Source: the human T2T-CHM13v2.0 reference genome, Homo sapiens. Taken from it: 64,000 bases of DNA. The notes beneath the pieces were generated by a model, which was not told the DNA's origin, did no database searches, and saw nothing but the letters and a program-made list of their open reading frames with translations. Position numbers and translations under genes: made by a program. Location: the NCBI RefSeq assembly GCF_009914755.1, contig NC_060939.1, one strand, 5' to 3'. Shown here piece after piece: positions 61,000-64,000 of the stretch. Every line of letters starts with the position of its first letter. Within the stretch, counting starts at the first letter, position 1.

Positions 61000-61190
61000 C
61001 CAAGTGCAACTTATTTAACCTCTCTGTATCTAGTTTCCTCAAATGTAAGGTGAGCACCCACGTCAGACAATTGTCAAGAGGCATTAGAATGATTGGCATA
61101 TAGTAAATTATTAATTATTTTGGAGTATTGTTAAATGCTTGGTAGAGTGCCTAACGCCTAAGGGCTCAATGCATGGCAGCTGCTATTATT
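61000..61190 (+). mobile_element. MIR
   Basis: TTATTTAACCTCTCTGTATCTAGTTTCCTCAAATGTAA...CTCAATGCATGGCAGCTGCTATTATT. Confidence 0.7.
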
Positions 61191-62269
61191 GTGTGAGTTC
61201 TCTCATTTGCCAAGAGCTAGAGCAGCCAGGTCTTTTGGAGCCAGCCTTCTGTGTGGACACGCAACCCATGGGGAAGACTCTCCTAAGATGACCCGAGAGA
61301 ATTACAGACTTCTTGTGTTACAGCAAGTAATGCGTTTTCTGGTGTCTTCAACCCCTTCACCTGGCTGCCTCGACCATGGGTGCAGCCAAAATCTTAGAGA
61401 ACCAAATTAAAAACAGAGTGAATTAAAGGAGGAATAATTACTTTCTACCCCAATTTTAAAAGTTCAACTTTATAGATAAAGATAAGGAGAGAAAAACCAA
61501 TAGTCAAATAATCAATAATGCTTGCCCCTCTGTGTCTGTGTGTTTTCCAGGTGAGAACAATAATTTGTAATTATAGAAAGATTTGATCAAACATTTTCCT
61601 ATTTGGTGAAAGATGGCAGCCCCAACATCATAACCTATGGGGAGGCAAAGTCTGAGGCCAAGCTGCATATGGCTGAGGCCTCACCTGGACCACTCTGGAT
61701 TCCAGCATCCATGCCACCTGCCATGGTTCATGACATCCATTCCTTGGAACATTGGGGAGTAGATTCCAATTGACCAGTGTTAGGATCGGGCAACTGAGAG
61801 GCTCACAAGGGCCCTCTTTGATACGAGAACAGAAATGATGAGACATCCCAGGTCTCTCTGATGCTAGCTGTGTGAGCAAGTTTATAAACCAATCTGTGCT
61901 TTGGTTTTCCCAGCTATCAGAAGAGGTTATCTGGGAGTTACGGTGACATTTAACAGAGGCAAGCCATGTAAAAAATAAAGTGCCTAGAATGGTATAAGGG
62001 CACAGGGTAGGAGCTCAAAAACAATATTTATTATCAGTGTTACTAGTCTTATCATAAAAGAGCTGAATCGTAATGTGGCAGAGTAAATACACTTTGTGTG
62101 AGACAGGCACATATCTCAGAAAGACTCTATAATATTAGGTAACATCAGCGTGCTCTTTTCATCTCTATCCCCGCCAAAACTGTGTGAGGGTATCGGCTCT
62201 CTAAGATCTATATTTCTTGTACATGAGTAATATTAAAATCCAGAGGGAAGGTAACCAAGGGTCACTACG

Positions 62270-62574
<305 letters not shown>

Positions 62575-62592
62575 GGGTCTCTACATTTAATA

Positions 62593-62595
<3 letters not shown>

Positions 62596-62633
<38 letters not shown>
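62596..62633. repeat. (GT)19 microsatellite
   Basis: Read directly. Confidence 0.97.
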
Positions 62634-62636
<3 letters not shown>

Positions 62637-63139
62637 CATATTTTCCCAAAAGTGGTAAGATTTGGAAAGTGTACCATTTGTGTAAGTTGAACTTTGCCAG
62701 GCCACACTGTCATGGGGAAACAGAAGGAATCCCATCCCTTTGCCTCCTACCCATCTGCTATTGCATGACCTTTAGTTCTTGGAAAGGGGGCCATGATTTT
62801 TGCTCAGTTCTCTCACAGTATCTTAGAGGTGAGTCCCTCAAGGTATAAAAATGGAGCTGTGTTCTCTAGAGCACACGGTGTGTTGAGACCAAGCTGTGCT
62901 CTGGGCAGGCATGGAAGAGGTGGCCTCTACTCTCTCTTGGGCTGCCCTTTGTATTAGAGGAAGGAAACTTCACTGTCTCATCTCCCAGGGGCTCAGAGAT
63001 TTCATAAGACAGCTTTCCAGTGTGTGCTTGCAGCCTGCAACGAGTTCATGGAAGGTTGGGCCAGGAGACAGAACTGAAAGGCAAATCCCAGGTGAGCTCA
63101 TGAGAATCAGCAAGAGAGATGGCCGGCCTGTCCCATTTC

Positions 63140-63250
63140 TGACTTGTTAGGTCTGAGGTGGGGCTGAGACTATGCCTTTCGGACCAACTGTCAGGTTATG
63201 CTGAGGCTGCTGATCAGGAGACTCCAGCATCTTTGGAGAACCCCTGGCCT
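63140..63250. mobile_element. MER5A partial
   Basis: TAGGTCTGAGGTGGGGCTGAGACTATGCCTTTC...CAGGTTATGCTGAGGCTGCTG...CTTTGGAGAACCCCTG. Confidence 0.6.
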
Positions 63251-64000
63251 AGGACTTTATTATTGCATCAAAGTGTCTGCCTAAGTTCTCTTTCTAGAGA
63301 AGACCTTGGGATCTGGGGCACATGTATGCAAGTCACCTTAATTACCCTCATTCTTGCAGATGCAGAGAGCTTGGTGAGGAGTCAGCAGCCAACTAAACTG
63401 GCTGCTTGAATCCTACAGCTGGTGACAGTGGAACTGGATATGGTGTGCATGTATGTGATTCTCGGAAACCAGCAAAGGAGACGGTGCATTCCAGGGAGAC
63501 GCTGAGGGTGTCACCCAATAGGGATCTACAGCTGTTGATTTTCAGATGTGCTCCACAGACCCCCTGGGGGTTCCATGGACGCCACCAGGAGCAGTCGACT
63601 ACTTTTGGGCCCAGGTTTGAGGGTCGTGAAACAGGGCAATTCCACTTTGACAATTTTTACACTGGAACATCCATGTTAGGTTTCTTCTGGAGAAAGCACT
63701 TTGGCTAAATCAGTCAGAATGGCCCGGAACTAGGTAGCCTCCATGTGTGCCTATTTCAGGAAAGAGCAGACATCACTCAGCTTTCCATATGGAAGGGGGT
63801 CGAGATGGCTTAAGCTGACACAGGGAAACGAGGAGGACAGGATCTTGTCTGTGCAGCCAGGCCTCCCGGGAACCTAGGGGAAGAAGAGTCACCAGGCGCC
63901 AGTGTTGGGAGTGCAGCATGGCCAAGTTGCTGGGAGGCGAAAGTGAAACGTGTTTAGGGTTAAAGGAGGCCAGAGGACTCAGCAGCAGAAGCTGAGCACA

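Overview
Primate (almost certainly human) non-coding genomic DNA, either intronic or intergenic. I cannot name the locus. I found no recognisable protein-coding gene, rRNA, tRNA or CRISPR array. Nearly all ORF-track entries are Alu, LTR or low-complexity artefacts. The window holds about 42 Alu elements (J, S and Y lineages, many with readable target-site duplications, TSDs), many MIR, L2 and L1M relics, an 80-bp L1PA 3' stub, solo LTRs (MER52, MLT1, MST), DNA-transposon relics (MER115 x3, MER1B, MER58B, MER20 x2, MER5, MER44), microsatellites and two long polypyrimidine tracts. I cannot show a new biological system from sequence alone. The best leads are: (i) several plus-strand exon-like segments, including a pair at 60.2-60.8 kb that splices into one open frame; (ii) a 93-bp gene-conversion-like tract shared by two neighbouring Alus; (iii) a near-pristine AluY; (iv) a (CA)11(CG)10 Z-DNA tract in a CpG-retaining, enhancer-like zone; (v) template-switch scars inside two Alus; (vi) three MER115 copies within 21 kb. 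Repeat subfamilies were called by eye against remembered consensus sequences, and boundaries of old repeats are approximate.
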